64,000 nucleotides of DNA from Lingula anatina (lineage: Eukaryota; Animalia; Brachiopoda): NCBI GenBank assembly GCA_051362555.1, contig CM120649.1, positions 13,764,001 to 13,828,000 on the forward strand. Reading direction: 5' to 3'. The notes below the pieces were generated by a model that was not told the DNA's origin, did no database searches, and saw only the letters and a list, made by a program, of their open reading frames with translations. The position numbers were made by a program, and so were the translations under genes. Positions 11,982 through 24,158 of the stretch are shown piece by piece (the first letter of the stretch is position 1; every line of letters starts with the position of its first letter).

Positions 11982-14900
11982 TCAAAGTTCCCCTTTTCCC
12001 TCAGTGCTAACAGTAACCAGTATTTTCCCAGTGTTCCTATTCTCTTCCATGTACCTGTGTGCATCTGCTATCCGCTCCAGTGGAAACTCAGTGTCTATTA
12101 TAGGATGCAACTGCCCGCTCTGGAATGCTGGGAGGGCCTTCTCTGTGAAATCGCGGATAAGCTCAGCTTTATACTAAAATGAGAATTTAATAATTTTGTC
12201 ATAATTCTGTCAATATCCACTTTCAACCAAATAATATTAAATAAAAAACAGATTAATAAAAGTAGCATTTCCCATGTTAAACTTGGTACATTCCTTTAAA
12301 AAAGTCTGGACCAAAAATTTCAGCTTACTGGCCTTTCAGTAAATGTACCATAAGTTTTAAGTTTCTGGAATTTGGTCAAATGCACAATCTATGAACCCCC
12401 CAAAAAACATTTTATCCGATCTTATCCAAAGTTACAGCACAGTCATGGCAACATATTCATTCATTCAAGTGGGGCCAATGTTAATGTTACACATTGTTAA
12501 ACAAAAAAACAGAGTTCTGACCTCTGTTGTCCTGGCCCGCAATGTTGTCCCAGTAATACTGATCCTTTTCCTCAAAATTTTAGCCAATAAGTCTCCATTT
12601 ATATTACCACCTCCTAAATTAATACAAGAACAAAAACACTTTTAGAAATACATAAAAATTCATTCATTACCAGAGCTATAAAAAATATTTGCCACAAGTC
12701 ACCTTTTTCAACATTAATTTAAAGTTAATTGTTGTTAATAAACCAATCCACAACTAAATATTCAACCAAGATATTATAAGCTTGATACTTTCATTATAAA
12801 ACCAGTCCGAGTTTCATACACAAGCATTGTACAAGATAGGCAATCAAGTTGTCAATATCGCAAACTGCAGCAATACTTAGGGAAAAAAATGGACCTCTAT
12901 ATAAGAAAATGAACAGTTTCAAATGTATCCTTTCCATCAATCCCAGTATTGCCACTTATCTTAGCAATTAATTTTCAAGCCTTACCTAACAAACCATAAA
13001 GAACCCATCTTCCGTCTACAGCCAGTGCAGCAACATTCTGTTCCCAGAAAGAGGCCCCTATGCAATCTAAGATCAAATTGACGCCTTTATCTGAAAATAT
13101 AATGTTGGTGCATTATTACATGGCATAGAAACATGTGAAGAAATTTTCTGTACTTTAAAAAGGGGGAGGGGGTGAAGAAGAGGTCAATTTATTTTGCTTG
13201 TTTGTTAAAATACCACTACCAGTCAATGTCCTAGGACACAATATCAGTGGAACCTAGAATGTTCACCTTCATTATCTTGAAAACTTGAGTAAAATATAGA
13301 AAATATTTACATTATTTTCTCATCAAAATCAATATTTACTCATAATTTTCATAAACCTTATGTGTTTCAAATTGTAATGCAAAATATCAATTGTCAGTAT
13401 AATTTGTAACAATGACCAAGTCCATGTGCATGGAATGTTTCCTAACTTCCAACCAGGGTTTGGGGTACAGGGAGTCTGAAATGTTGATATGAAATTTGAT
13501 CACCATGGAGTACAATTACAAAACATACCACCATTCCCCAAAAATTTTTGTAAGCCTTCCAGCTGTTTTTTAAAAACATATATGACAACTGGATGGCTCT
13601 CTAGGGAAAATCTTTCTCCCAACTAAACTTACTGTCTGTGTGCTTCAATACATGCTCGGCAAAGTTCTCTGTTTTGTAGTTGAACCCAGCCTCGGCTCCA
13701 AGCTCTAGCGCCCTCTTTATTTTCTCCTCAGAACCAGCTGTCACCAAAGACCTGCCACCTGTGTGATTAGGTAATAAACTTGAGACTTCAGGACTTTGAG
13801 GTTTTAACTCACTTTTCACTTGGACAGTAAAATTACTTAGTCTTAATCAAATTCTACTAGCTAGCTAAAGGTTAAGTCCAAAGATAAACACCTTCAGTTA
13901 ACTGGGGAACCAATCAAAAACAATTGTACAGTTTTCCACTCTTCAAACAGGACTGACTTTAAATCCATCGGTCAATCCCCTACAGTACCAGTGGCTACGG
14001 AAAAATACCAGACTCGCGTCCATCTTCGACCTTAACTTTCAAACTAAAAAAATCTCCATCACCTACTGGACATACCTTACCTGCCAGTTTTATTAACTGC
14101 ACTGCTGCTGTGCCGACACCGCTTCCTCCGGCGTGTACCAGCACCGTCTCTCCCGACTTCACACCACCTGGTACAGATAATTATACAGTTATGGTGAAAA
14201 TAAGAAGCGCGCTGCACTGATCACGTATGATATCAGAACAATTCTGAGACAATACCCTCAGGATAATTCCCTTCTTCACACCAGAACATGTAAATCCATT
14301 TAGTCAACCAGACTGGATTATTTGCAGAGAATTTAACTTACTAGTATAGTGATGATAAATAGTAGAGCATTTTACTATTAAACCTGGTTGATTTAAAACC
14401 TATTGGCAATGCGTATGATCTCCTGCTACAAAATATATGTAGTACACTGGTTACATAGACATTTTTTCATGCATCCACATGCACACGCACACACACACAC
14501 ACACAACAACAACAACAAAAATAAAAATGCAAAGGTGCCTGTCTGTATGCGCGCGCACACACACACACACACGCATACGCACACCATGCACTTACCAATA
14601 AAGTGCAGCAACTGAAATGCAGTCAGCCAGACTTCTGGTATAGCAGCAGCTGATTTCATGGACATTCCTCTTGGTACTGGCATCACATGCTCTTCATGCA
14701 CAGCAGCATATTCTGCATTGCCTCCACCTGGGGGAGGAACCCAATACGATAATATATGTCTGAACAATATCAAATTATTGGTTTTAGGTTGGGATATTGT
14801 GAACAATACTTAAAGTATTAATACTAGCAGTCCAATCACTTGAGTGGTTTTTCCATCTTTAAAAAGAAAAACCTAGTCCTAAATGTTCAATGTAACTGCA

Positions 14901-16251
14901 AATTTGTTCTCTTTTTCATATCATTAAGTCAAATTGTGTTATGTGCTATAGTAAATCAGGAAAGGAAAGCAGTACATTAGGAAAGAAAAAAAGTACATTT
15001 TAATTCTAATGCACCGTGTTAAAGTGTTAAACAAGTCAAGTACCATTTAACAAAGCCATGACTCTGTCCCCCACCTTCCACTTGCCACTACACCCTGGTC
15101 CAACTTGGTCTATCAACCCTGCGGCTTCCAGGCCAAGGATAGAGGAGGCCCCTGGGGGAGGGGGATACTGCCCTTTACGCTGAAATGAGAGGCTGAAAAT
15201 CATCAACGTGACAATGAAGGTTTAATACCTGAACAATCTGAAGCTCTTAAAAGTCCAGTTAAGCACAGATGATGTAAGATGCATGTGCTCTGTTTATAAA
15301 ATATATGATAAATATGTAATTGTTTTTTAATAACCATGAATAATCACACTACATGTTTGAACCATTAACCCCACCCACCCACCCCCTCGCCCCCACCCTC
15401 AAATATAAGATATATACTTTATATTTTAGCAAAAGGTCCACTTATAGGTCCTATAGCTAGGTTAAACATATGTAGGTTCTTGCAAGTGATCTAAGAATTC
15501 ACAGAGTAAAAATGTGCAATTATCTACAAATGCAGTTATTGGCTAAAATTTAATTCAAAAAATGTGTACCTCACCTGCAGAGTGTCAGCTCTGTTAATGG
15601 CAGTAGTAATCACTTTAATGAGCACTTCTTGCTGTTTAAGTTCTGGCACGGGAACCTCTCCCACTGACATCTTCTCGGGTCCACCTGCTTCAAACTGGAC
15701 TGCCCTCATCATGGTGCTCATGCTGCACACCTGGAAAACCCATATGTTGTACTAGTACAATTTACAAAGGCGAAATACTCAGTTGAAATGACCATTATAC
15801 TACTCAAATCTACTAAGGATCTTTCTACTGTTTCACTGTTTACCTAAGCAGACAGGAATGCAAGTCCTAGGAAGGGAAGTTCAGGCAGTCCGCGCTAGGT
15901 AGAATTTGACCAGGATACACGAATATTACATTGGACAAGGTCCATTTTTCACCAAAAGAACCCTCCTGCCTTTAAAAATGCTGGCTTTGTACCTGCACTC
16001 GACGGGCGAATTCACCGACATGGCAGCAAATCACGTGCAGCATAGGCTGCTGACAACTTCGCAGACGATAGGGCCACGTGGATGTGTAGAATCTTAATTG
16101 CACAAATTTGTAACAACATACAGTCTTTGAAGACATAAAACCGACAAAAAATGGTGCATTGCACCCTTACCTTAAAGAAAATCGATGAGAGAAGCAAATA
16201 TTTCGGCAGCCTCTGAGAGCACCTAAAACTCTCGGGTTCGAGGAGGCGCAT
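11982..16251 (-). CDS. TP53I3: Quinone oxidoreductase PIG3-like (MDR/zeta-crystallin family), 9 coding exons, 368 aa
   Basis: Exons 16251-16171, 15730-15575, 15179-15044, 14727-14596, 14167-14081, 13758-13633, 13090-12986, 12613-12522, 12173-11982; all GT-AG, total 1107 nt in frame. Motifs [60 protein letters not shown] (NADPH binding) and [14 protein letters not shown]. Exon 1 is less certain than the rest. Confidence 0.93.
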
Positions 16252-16279
16252 TTCGAGTGATGTAGCTCATTTGCAAGGA

Positions 16280-16287
16280 TGACGTCA
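16280..16287. promoter_or_regulatory. Palindromic CRE (TGACGTCA) just upstream of the first TP53I3-like exon
   Basis: Exact TGACGTCA about 30 nt upstream of ATG 16251; motif match only. Confidence 0.3.
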
Positions 16288-16632
16288 TCAGTGAAAAGTT
16301 CTCGTTTTTGCTAAGAGCTGCCGGATTTCCCTTGAAAGGAAACACCCCTCCCCAATTTTTAAATATTTATGCATTACATACGTACATTGATGAAACTTTA
16401 AGTTAGTTTTCGTTAAATGTATGTACTATATTTTGCTTTATATTTTAGGTAATAATTATTTAATTGTTCCTCTTTTTTTCCTTATTGCAATGTATTTAAT
16501 TTCATTTAAAATAGCTAGAATGGTTAACGACCTCCCGTCCTTTAATCAGCACGAGGTTCTTTGCCTGTCAATCCCTAAAAAAACGGACCTCCCTCCTTCA
16601 AAAAATCCTGGATCCGCCCCTGTTGCGCAAAG

Positions 16633-18079
16633 TGTGACGACGTACGTTATTCACTTTGTCTTACTTGTTATGCGAGGTGGCAAATACGACTCAGTTATTG
16701 CTTGGACATAAAATCTCTCATTATGTCCAAGGTTATTGACTTTCTTCTTATTAATTAACTACTAATTGCCAGTTGTTACATGTGCCGCTTCCTTCATTCC
16801 TATTTCTACCTCATGCAATTTCTAGCCGCCTTCTCCACCGTTGACATTTTGCGAAGTTGTATAGCCTAAATATCATAAGAGCATGTCAATCAACTAATGT
16901 CTAATCCGCGTACGTACAGATAAGATAAGTGTTCACAGTTTCCTGTATAGAGTTGTTTTCTTACTTGCTCGCGTCTAATTGCCCGGCGAATGTCAGAAAT
17001 TTGTTTTTCTTGCTGTTCCATCAGTCGCTGTAGATTTTTTTCAATTCCAGAGATAGATGTCGCGACCCTAATCGCGCGTGATTATCTGCTTCTTCTAAAT
17101 TAGATGGGTTTTGCGCAATAACAAAACGTTTGATTTCGTTGCGTAACCCTCTCACGAAATACGCGAGTCTATCGTCCGCGCTTTTAATAAGCAGAGAAAA
17201 ACGGTGTCGTATATCCGCGATGTAAACGTCGATGGATTCATTTTCTGCTTGTTTTCTTTCTCCGAGTTCGTGTTCTCCAGTCCATTTTGAAGATTGTCTG
17301 TCGAAATTGTTTAGAAATTCATTTCTCTTAGGTTCTAAGGACATCGTAACTCAATTTTCTTGCGTCAGGCAATTTGGATAACCATATTTCAGCAGGACCC
17401 TTTATGTGTAGCATAAAAGCGTTCAGTTTCCGATCTGGGGAATACTTACTTAAATTGCAGTAATTTTCGAACCTCGTGAGCCATTATCGCGTATTATCCG
17501 TGGAAAACCAAAGAATGTATCGATATTTGGACCGGCAGAAACTTAAGTTGGTTTTTAGTTTAATTCTGTAAGTTGCCTTTGAACTGCGTGTAAAAGAGGG
17601 TCACCCTTACCCATAACATCTAATTTCATGTGGATATCTTCTAACTGGTCTCGAATATCTAAAAAATCAAAAGGTTCTTCCTTACCTTTCATTTCTTTTG
17701 TTTGTCCCATTGTCATCTTCTTTTCAGATAGAACACGTGCGGATGTCTGTCTGGTGACTGCTCTTTCTCTAGCTGACATTATTTATGTCGAAAGTCTCTT
17801 TCTCATTTTACATCCTCCACCATATGTGACGACGTCATTCACTTTGTCTAACTTGTTATGCGAGGTAGCAAATACGACTCAGTTAATGACTTTCTTATTA
17901 TTTATTATCTACTTTCCAGTTGTTACATACGCCGCTTCCTTCATTCCTATTTCTACTTCATGCAATCTCTAGCGGCCTTCTCCGCCGTTTACATAATGCG
18001 CAGTTGTATAAATATCATAAGAGCATGTCAATCAACTCAAGTTACTCTACTAAACACTCCCCGCTCTAAGTTCACTACA
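16633..18079 (-). mobile_element. Degenerate Ty3/Gypsy LTR retrotransposon (LTR - PBS - gag - partial LTR; pol absent)
   Basis: 5' LTR 18079-17825 (TGTAGT...GTCACA) is followed by the PBS-like TGGTGGAGGATG. The broken gag (17779-17021) has capsid motifs KQAENESIDVYI...FVRGLRNEIK...NPSNLEEA. A second, diverged and truncated LTR lies at 16633-16895. No matching TSD. Confidence 0.8.
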
Positions 18080-18200
18080 TGCTGTCACTTACTAACATAA
18101 CAAAAGCATCACTAACAGCGACTGCATGTAAAAAAATGTAAGCAACAGCTATTGCCTTTCTCAAAGCAAGTACAACTTCTGATCGAATGCAAATATCCCG

Positions 18201-18913
18201 TGTTAAGGTCCACTAAATGCATGTGATGAAATCACTCATTTACATATTATGTTTATACTTGTAATCAGTCAGCATATTATCATTCACCTTACTTCAGTCT
18301 TGAATGAATATTTATCATCCTCTGTATAGGTATACCTGATTAGTAGAACTGATATAACTTAAAAGTAGAAGCCCTCAATTGTTATCTATAAGAAAAGCTG
18401 TTTAAACAATCTGTATGATAACTGGACATTTATCTCTGTCAAAATATTTTGGAAGCATAAAAATTCAAATTTAATTTCATTAGAATAATGACATGTCTTT
18501 GTACAGCAATGGAATGGATAATGAACTGAATTAATTACAATTGTTAGTTTAAGTGATGATGTTTGATAGAATAATATTTTAATTTATTCTTGTAATTGAA
18601 TCATGACGCAGATATTTTGTATAAGTATTTAGCGGTTAAAATTTTTTATATTTGAGTATTCTGTGGAATCTTTATTTCAAAAAATTATGTAACCATAATT
18701 TTTTTTGTGGGAAAAGAAGGAATATGTTAAGGTCCACTAAATGCATGTGATGAAATCACTCATTTACATATTATGTTTATACTTGTAATCAGTCAGCATA
18801 TTATCATTCACCTTACTTCAGTCTTGAATGAATATTTATCATCCTCTGTATAGGTATACCTGATAAGTAGAACTGATATAACTTAAAAGTAGAAGCCCTC
18901 AATTGTTATCTAT
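18201..18913 (+). repeat. 189-bp near-perfect direct repeat pair (18201-18389, 18725-18913), possibly TRIM/LTR-like
   Basis: Both copies start TGTTAAGG and differ by about 1 base. The purine tract gggaaaagaagg immediately precedes the second copy. Confidence 0.75.
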
Positions 18914-20089
18914 TGCATTGCAATTAGTATTTAAATGAGTTGCTGCCACTGTGGCATGCAGATAGATTCTCTGGTGATAATGTGTATAAAGGCTGAATGC
19001 TTGGACTTAATAAAGGACTTTTAGACTTGGAACTGAATATGTGAGTCTGTGGTTATATTCCCTCTCCCAAGCATCAGTGACAGTTAAAATCTTAGAAGAA
19101 CCTGGGTAGGGTGGAACATGGACCCCTACACCCGGTAGCAATGTTTTCGCTCCTTGGAATTTCAATAAAATCAATCTTTGGAAAAATTCATTTGACACTA
19201 CGTATTCTATTTAATATTTTGTCATATTTATCCCAAATGTTAAATCCATAGTACAAAAATGATATAATAAGATAAATTAGAACAAACGAATATATATGTA
19301 CTTATAGGCCTACTCACTCACTGGACTAGAACAGGTACTAGTAGACATCGCGCGCACGCACGCGTGTGTGTGTGAGTGCTATTGTTGTAAAGCAAATGAC
19401 TTACACTTTCACTAATTACAGATACTAATTAAAACGGAATCAAAGGAGTAAAAGGATAGGGAGTTTTTGAGTGTTAAGTTTCATATGTTTTTAGTGTCGG
19501 AAAAAGATAGAAAAGGTCAGAGCCAGTAAAAGTTTATGTTTTGGCTATGATTCAAGTATGAGCAATTCAAATAGTATTTTTGATGATTTTTGTTGAAAAC
19601 AAGTCTCTTAGAGATTTCCTAATAAGGAAGTGCTGCATGGTGGTTTGCAACATGAGAATGGAACATAATTACATGTGTGATCAATACTGAGAATTAGAAT
19701 ATTAATAAGCTTACTTGTAAAATTGTATGAAAAATGCAATTGGTGTATAAACGTTTGAAAGCTCCAGACCGTTGTCGTTATTCCTCACTATAACACTATT
19801 TTTGTTTCGATGCGGTGTTGATAGATAGATAGATAGATAGATAGATAAATAACATTGTGATAATAATTATCTTTTTGTACTTATAGGTCTAGTTAAAATT
19901 ACACATTATCGCGCCAGTGATTAATATAAGTTCCATACTAGCAACAAGTCGGTCTATAAATATAACCTGAATCAACTTATCCGGTGCAGAGGTTGATTGA
20001 GGTCTGTGGGAAAATTGTCATCTGGCTGTAACAGGACGAATTGCCTCCAACACTCTTTCTACCGCCCTAATTTTTAATAGTCTAAGAGC

Positions 20090-20265
20090 GCATTTAGAAC
20101 AGCGGACTAACAGATCCGCGGATCAAATATGGCCGACCCACTAAAATGCTTGTTGCGCAATCCCGTGGGAAATCTATTCAGTATCTAATCGGGAATTGAG
20201 CGGCAGGCTTTTTAGCGGGTCGCCATATAAGATCCGAGGATCTGTTGGTCCGATTATATGAATGT
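20090..20265. mobile_element. Palindromic MITE; its right part recurs at 42184-42310
   Basis: Long inverted arms cggactaacagatccgcggatc..atatgg.cgaccc.ctaaaa / ttttagcgggtcgccatat..gatccgaggatctgttggtccg. Confidence 0.65.
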
Positions 20266-21768
20266 AACAGATACTTAACGAAATATGAAAAGATTTTCAT
20301 TTTCATGTAAACATGTCAGTTCCATACTAGCAACATGTAGGTCTATAAATATAGTCCCAATCAAAGTCACGTATTTATCCAATACAGAGGTCAAGAAGCC
20401 TGTGGGGAAAATTGTCATCTGGCTGTAACAGAGCCAAAATTAGCCAATACTTATGTCACTTAGTCATGTCAACTGATATAGGCCTATACTTATTCTATTT
20501 TGAGAAGTGACCTACAGGGCTTCTATATAACCAGTGCATAAAGTCCATGTCCTTAACGAGGACAGACAGGGTCATTTATTAGAACAGTCCATTGATAACC
20601 ACCCTGAGATTCAGAGATCCTTGGAAAATCACTTCTAACGGCATGTCCGGTATCCAGGTTTTCTGATACTAATATGTTTCCACTGACTGCCCTCTGAAAC
20701 TGAGGGTGTTGATAATGTCGGTGAAATAGATCTTGGATGCTACATGTATACTGTATGTTGTTCTTTTCGCACATGTAGGCCTATCTAGGGGCCAATGCTA
20801 TCGAGCCGCTGATAACACTATGGCTTAAAGTGGGATATAAACAGATAGAGTGAACTTGTATGCTGGTGCATTAACAGACCCAAAGAAAGAGCAGAATGGA
20901 AAACAAATAACAAACAAATAACCTTAACTCTCAAATACTAAAATTTCCTTTTTCCTCCTCCATCACAGCCTACGCCACTCCAACTCCCTTCACTCCCTTC
21001 ACACCTGTAGAACGGCATGTAACGTACGCGCTTTTTTTATGGCTATCAAAGGTGCTATAGCTTTCAGTGAAACGTATCTTAGAGTGCGATGCGTATTCAT
21101 CAGACGTTTTAATTTATTATTTTATTTTTCTCAGAATTATTCATCACTGTTGTCGCTTCCTACTGGTGTGATCTGCGTCAATTTTTTTTCCATTTTGCTT
21201 AACGTTTCGGGCCTGAGTGCAAGTAAACAAGGGTTTGTTTTTATCATTTTACAACTGGATAAGTAAGCCATAAGACACGTGTAGCCAAAAGAGTTAGTTA
21301 TTCCGTTTGACTAAAAAGTAAATAATATTTTTAATTACTCGCAGTTATCTAAAACGTTCATAACAGTATATATTGTCTATTCCAAGCGTCTTGGTAATAT
21401 AAAGACAGAGAGAATAGTTTTAAAGTTAAAGTGTAGTGTCAGTGGTGGCTCCAGACGAGGGTACGGCGGGAAAGTACCCCTTCCTTAGCTTCATGCCTAC
21501 CCCATTATCTCTCCCTACAGTTCAGATATTAAAATCTTAAAGTGTATAGTACAATGTAATGAATATCTGGACAGTTAAAAATTTAAAATATCAGAATAGA
21601 TAGTACAATGTTAAGATAACATCCAGTCAAATCAGTTATAAAAGTGTTTGAAAATAACTCCTTTCTCGCGCCTGGTGCCCCCTGAAGGGTAACCTCATTC
21701 TGTGAATCGTTTTTAAAGTTGACACCACAGCACGTACCGGTAGATAGGCAGAAGGCACTGTCCCCAGC

Positions 21769-23346
21769 ATGGCGACATTGATCTTACTCGCCTTGATCGC
21801 AGGTAATTTCTACCAGCGCTTAATTCATCTAAGTATAGAAGTATAAGTATCACTATGTTTCAGTTAGATATTAACATCTAAAGTATATTTATAAATGTGT
21901 TTTAATTAGATAATTACACACAAAACTGTTGGTGCTGTTATTTTGATAGGTATCATCTTAGTCTTATTGTCAAAGTGTGAAGCAGCTTTAATTTTCATGT
22001 AACTATAACTGAGTTTCCCCTTTGGCTTGTTTACTTATTTATATGCCTGTGTGACTTTTGTGTTTATCTGTGTATGGGCTTGTTTCTTTGTTTGAAAGTG
22101 GGTTTACATAGAGGAACAACAGAGGACAGACATTTTTTTTTTATGTGTAAATGTATCGTGATACTGGTATAGGCCTATACAATGCACATGTACATCGAGA
22201 TTATACTGAGAAAAGGGATAATGTAGTGTGTGTGTGTGTGTGTGGTTGGTTGGGACATAGACCAACGCCCTATTCTTGGCCTTGAATTTTTTTTAAAACT
22301 TCCTTTTATGACGTCACCGTAGGTCTGATGGCCGCCGACCCCGATCCGTGCACTAATTACGTCACCCTGGACGACGACAGACGCATGGCGCACAATACTG
22401 TTAAATACGACAGTTGTATCTTTAAGGATCATCAACTGAAGACCTTGTGGTACCGGATGGTGAGCACCACAAACAATAAGTTGGTGTCACTGCGCATGTA
22501 CCAGCAGTGCCCGACGACACAAAGCTGTGGAACTGACCGACCTGTATGGCTTAGAGGTTTGGACGTTCATTTATCTACAGTGTATAAAAAATCCTAAAAA
22601 TTCTAATCATAAAAGGGGGTGTTCATGCTTCGCCTTTGTAAGTAGCTTTAGGGATTGCATTATGTGAATGTTCTAAGAGTTCTGGTTTTCTTTTTACTAT
22701 TATTTCTAACATGTATAACTACTTGTAGAAAAGAAAAAAGACCGCAAACCTCCTCAGAGACAAATAATTAATTAACCATTTATCGATTACAATTAAAATC
22801 AAATCATTTGTTCCTTGACCCATGTCTGACCTATCTTTCAAATATATATATATATTTCATCAAAGTCAGTCCATAACTTTGTGCATATTGCGGCTAATAG
22901 ACAAACGAACGAAACTGAAAACATAACATTCTTGTGGGGGTAAAGAACAAGAGAAGTGATTCTATGGTGTTTGAATAATTCTGCTCTCTGAAGCCGACGT
23001 AACGCGACAGAGAGACCCCTTGATAGAGAGCCTGCTTCCCATGTTTGTTTGTACAGGTAAGCTTCGCTCTAGATTTTGACCCACTTAGATCAGGCTAACC
23101 CTAACCATTATAACTAAATGGAGGGCGGACTTTCTGTTACACGGACCATCAGTTTCGTTTCACCGGCCCTCTCTAAACTCTTAACCGGCATTAGGCATAC
23201 TTGCCCCGGAGAACTAATCAGATATTGAGAAAATTACAAAAAGGAGATATTCATTTTAATTCTGAAATAACGTGATTTCGGAGTAAACGGTTTTAACTAA
23301 TCACTTAATTTGAATTAACACATGCAAGTAAAATTGTTTACCTTAT

Positions 23347-23420
<74 letters not shown>

Positions 23421-23845
23421 CCATCGTATCTATCCATCTATCTACGTATCTGTCTATCGTACAATGTACATACATGTATATGGCTTTCAGGGACACATCC
23501 TACCGTGGCGGATGGAATAGTTTCTAGAAAGGCATGCGTCTCAAATGCTGAAAGGAATAAGCCATGTTGCAGAAGGGAAATAAATATTAGAGTGAAGAAT
23601 TGTGGAGCTTACTTTGTGTACGAGCTCAAAAATACACGAGCTTGTGAGGCAGCATATTGTTCAGGTAGTCTCCTCTAATTATCTTCTTCAAAACGTAAAT
23701 AAAAAGCATCCATCCTGCACTTGTTTTGCAGCGTCTGTTTCAGACAGAGAACGTTGTCTATTTAAAGAGAAACGTCCATCGTCTCCCTTACAGTGCCGAA
23801 GGTCTCGATTTCCTTCACACAACACAAAATTTCCATATCCCTCCT

Positions 23846-23902
<57 letters not shown>

Positions 23903-24123
23903 TATGCTATGTATTTTATGTTTTCTATTCCTCCTGTAGCCAAGTACCCGTCGTTGCCAGGGCCTCCAACATTGAGTGGCCCAGAGATCATCAAAACAGC
24001 ACAGGGGGTGGAGGAGTTCCAGTTTGGGTGCCATATCCCGTACCCTGTAGACGACGCAGATGTCTCATTCACAGTGAGATGGTATGTACCAATGGCGGAT
24101 TTGGAGGGGGGTAAGGGGGGTTA

Positions 24124-24158
<35 letters not shown>

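Noticed and set aside
16250-16630. p53-responsive (TGYCC)n microsatellite as in human TP53I3
   Set aside because: No such pentanucleotide array is present.
23732-23801. Possible extra two-Cys exon (DRERCLFKEKRPSSPLQC) conserved in both VWDE copies
   Set aside because: No GT donor in the phase needed to rejoin exon 4; the alternative frame has a stop in copy B; exon 3 splices to exon 4 in frame without it.
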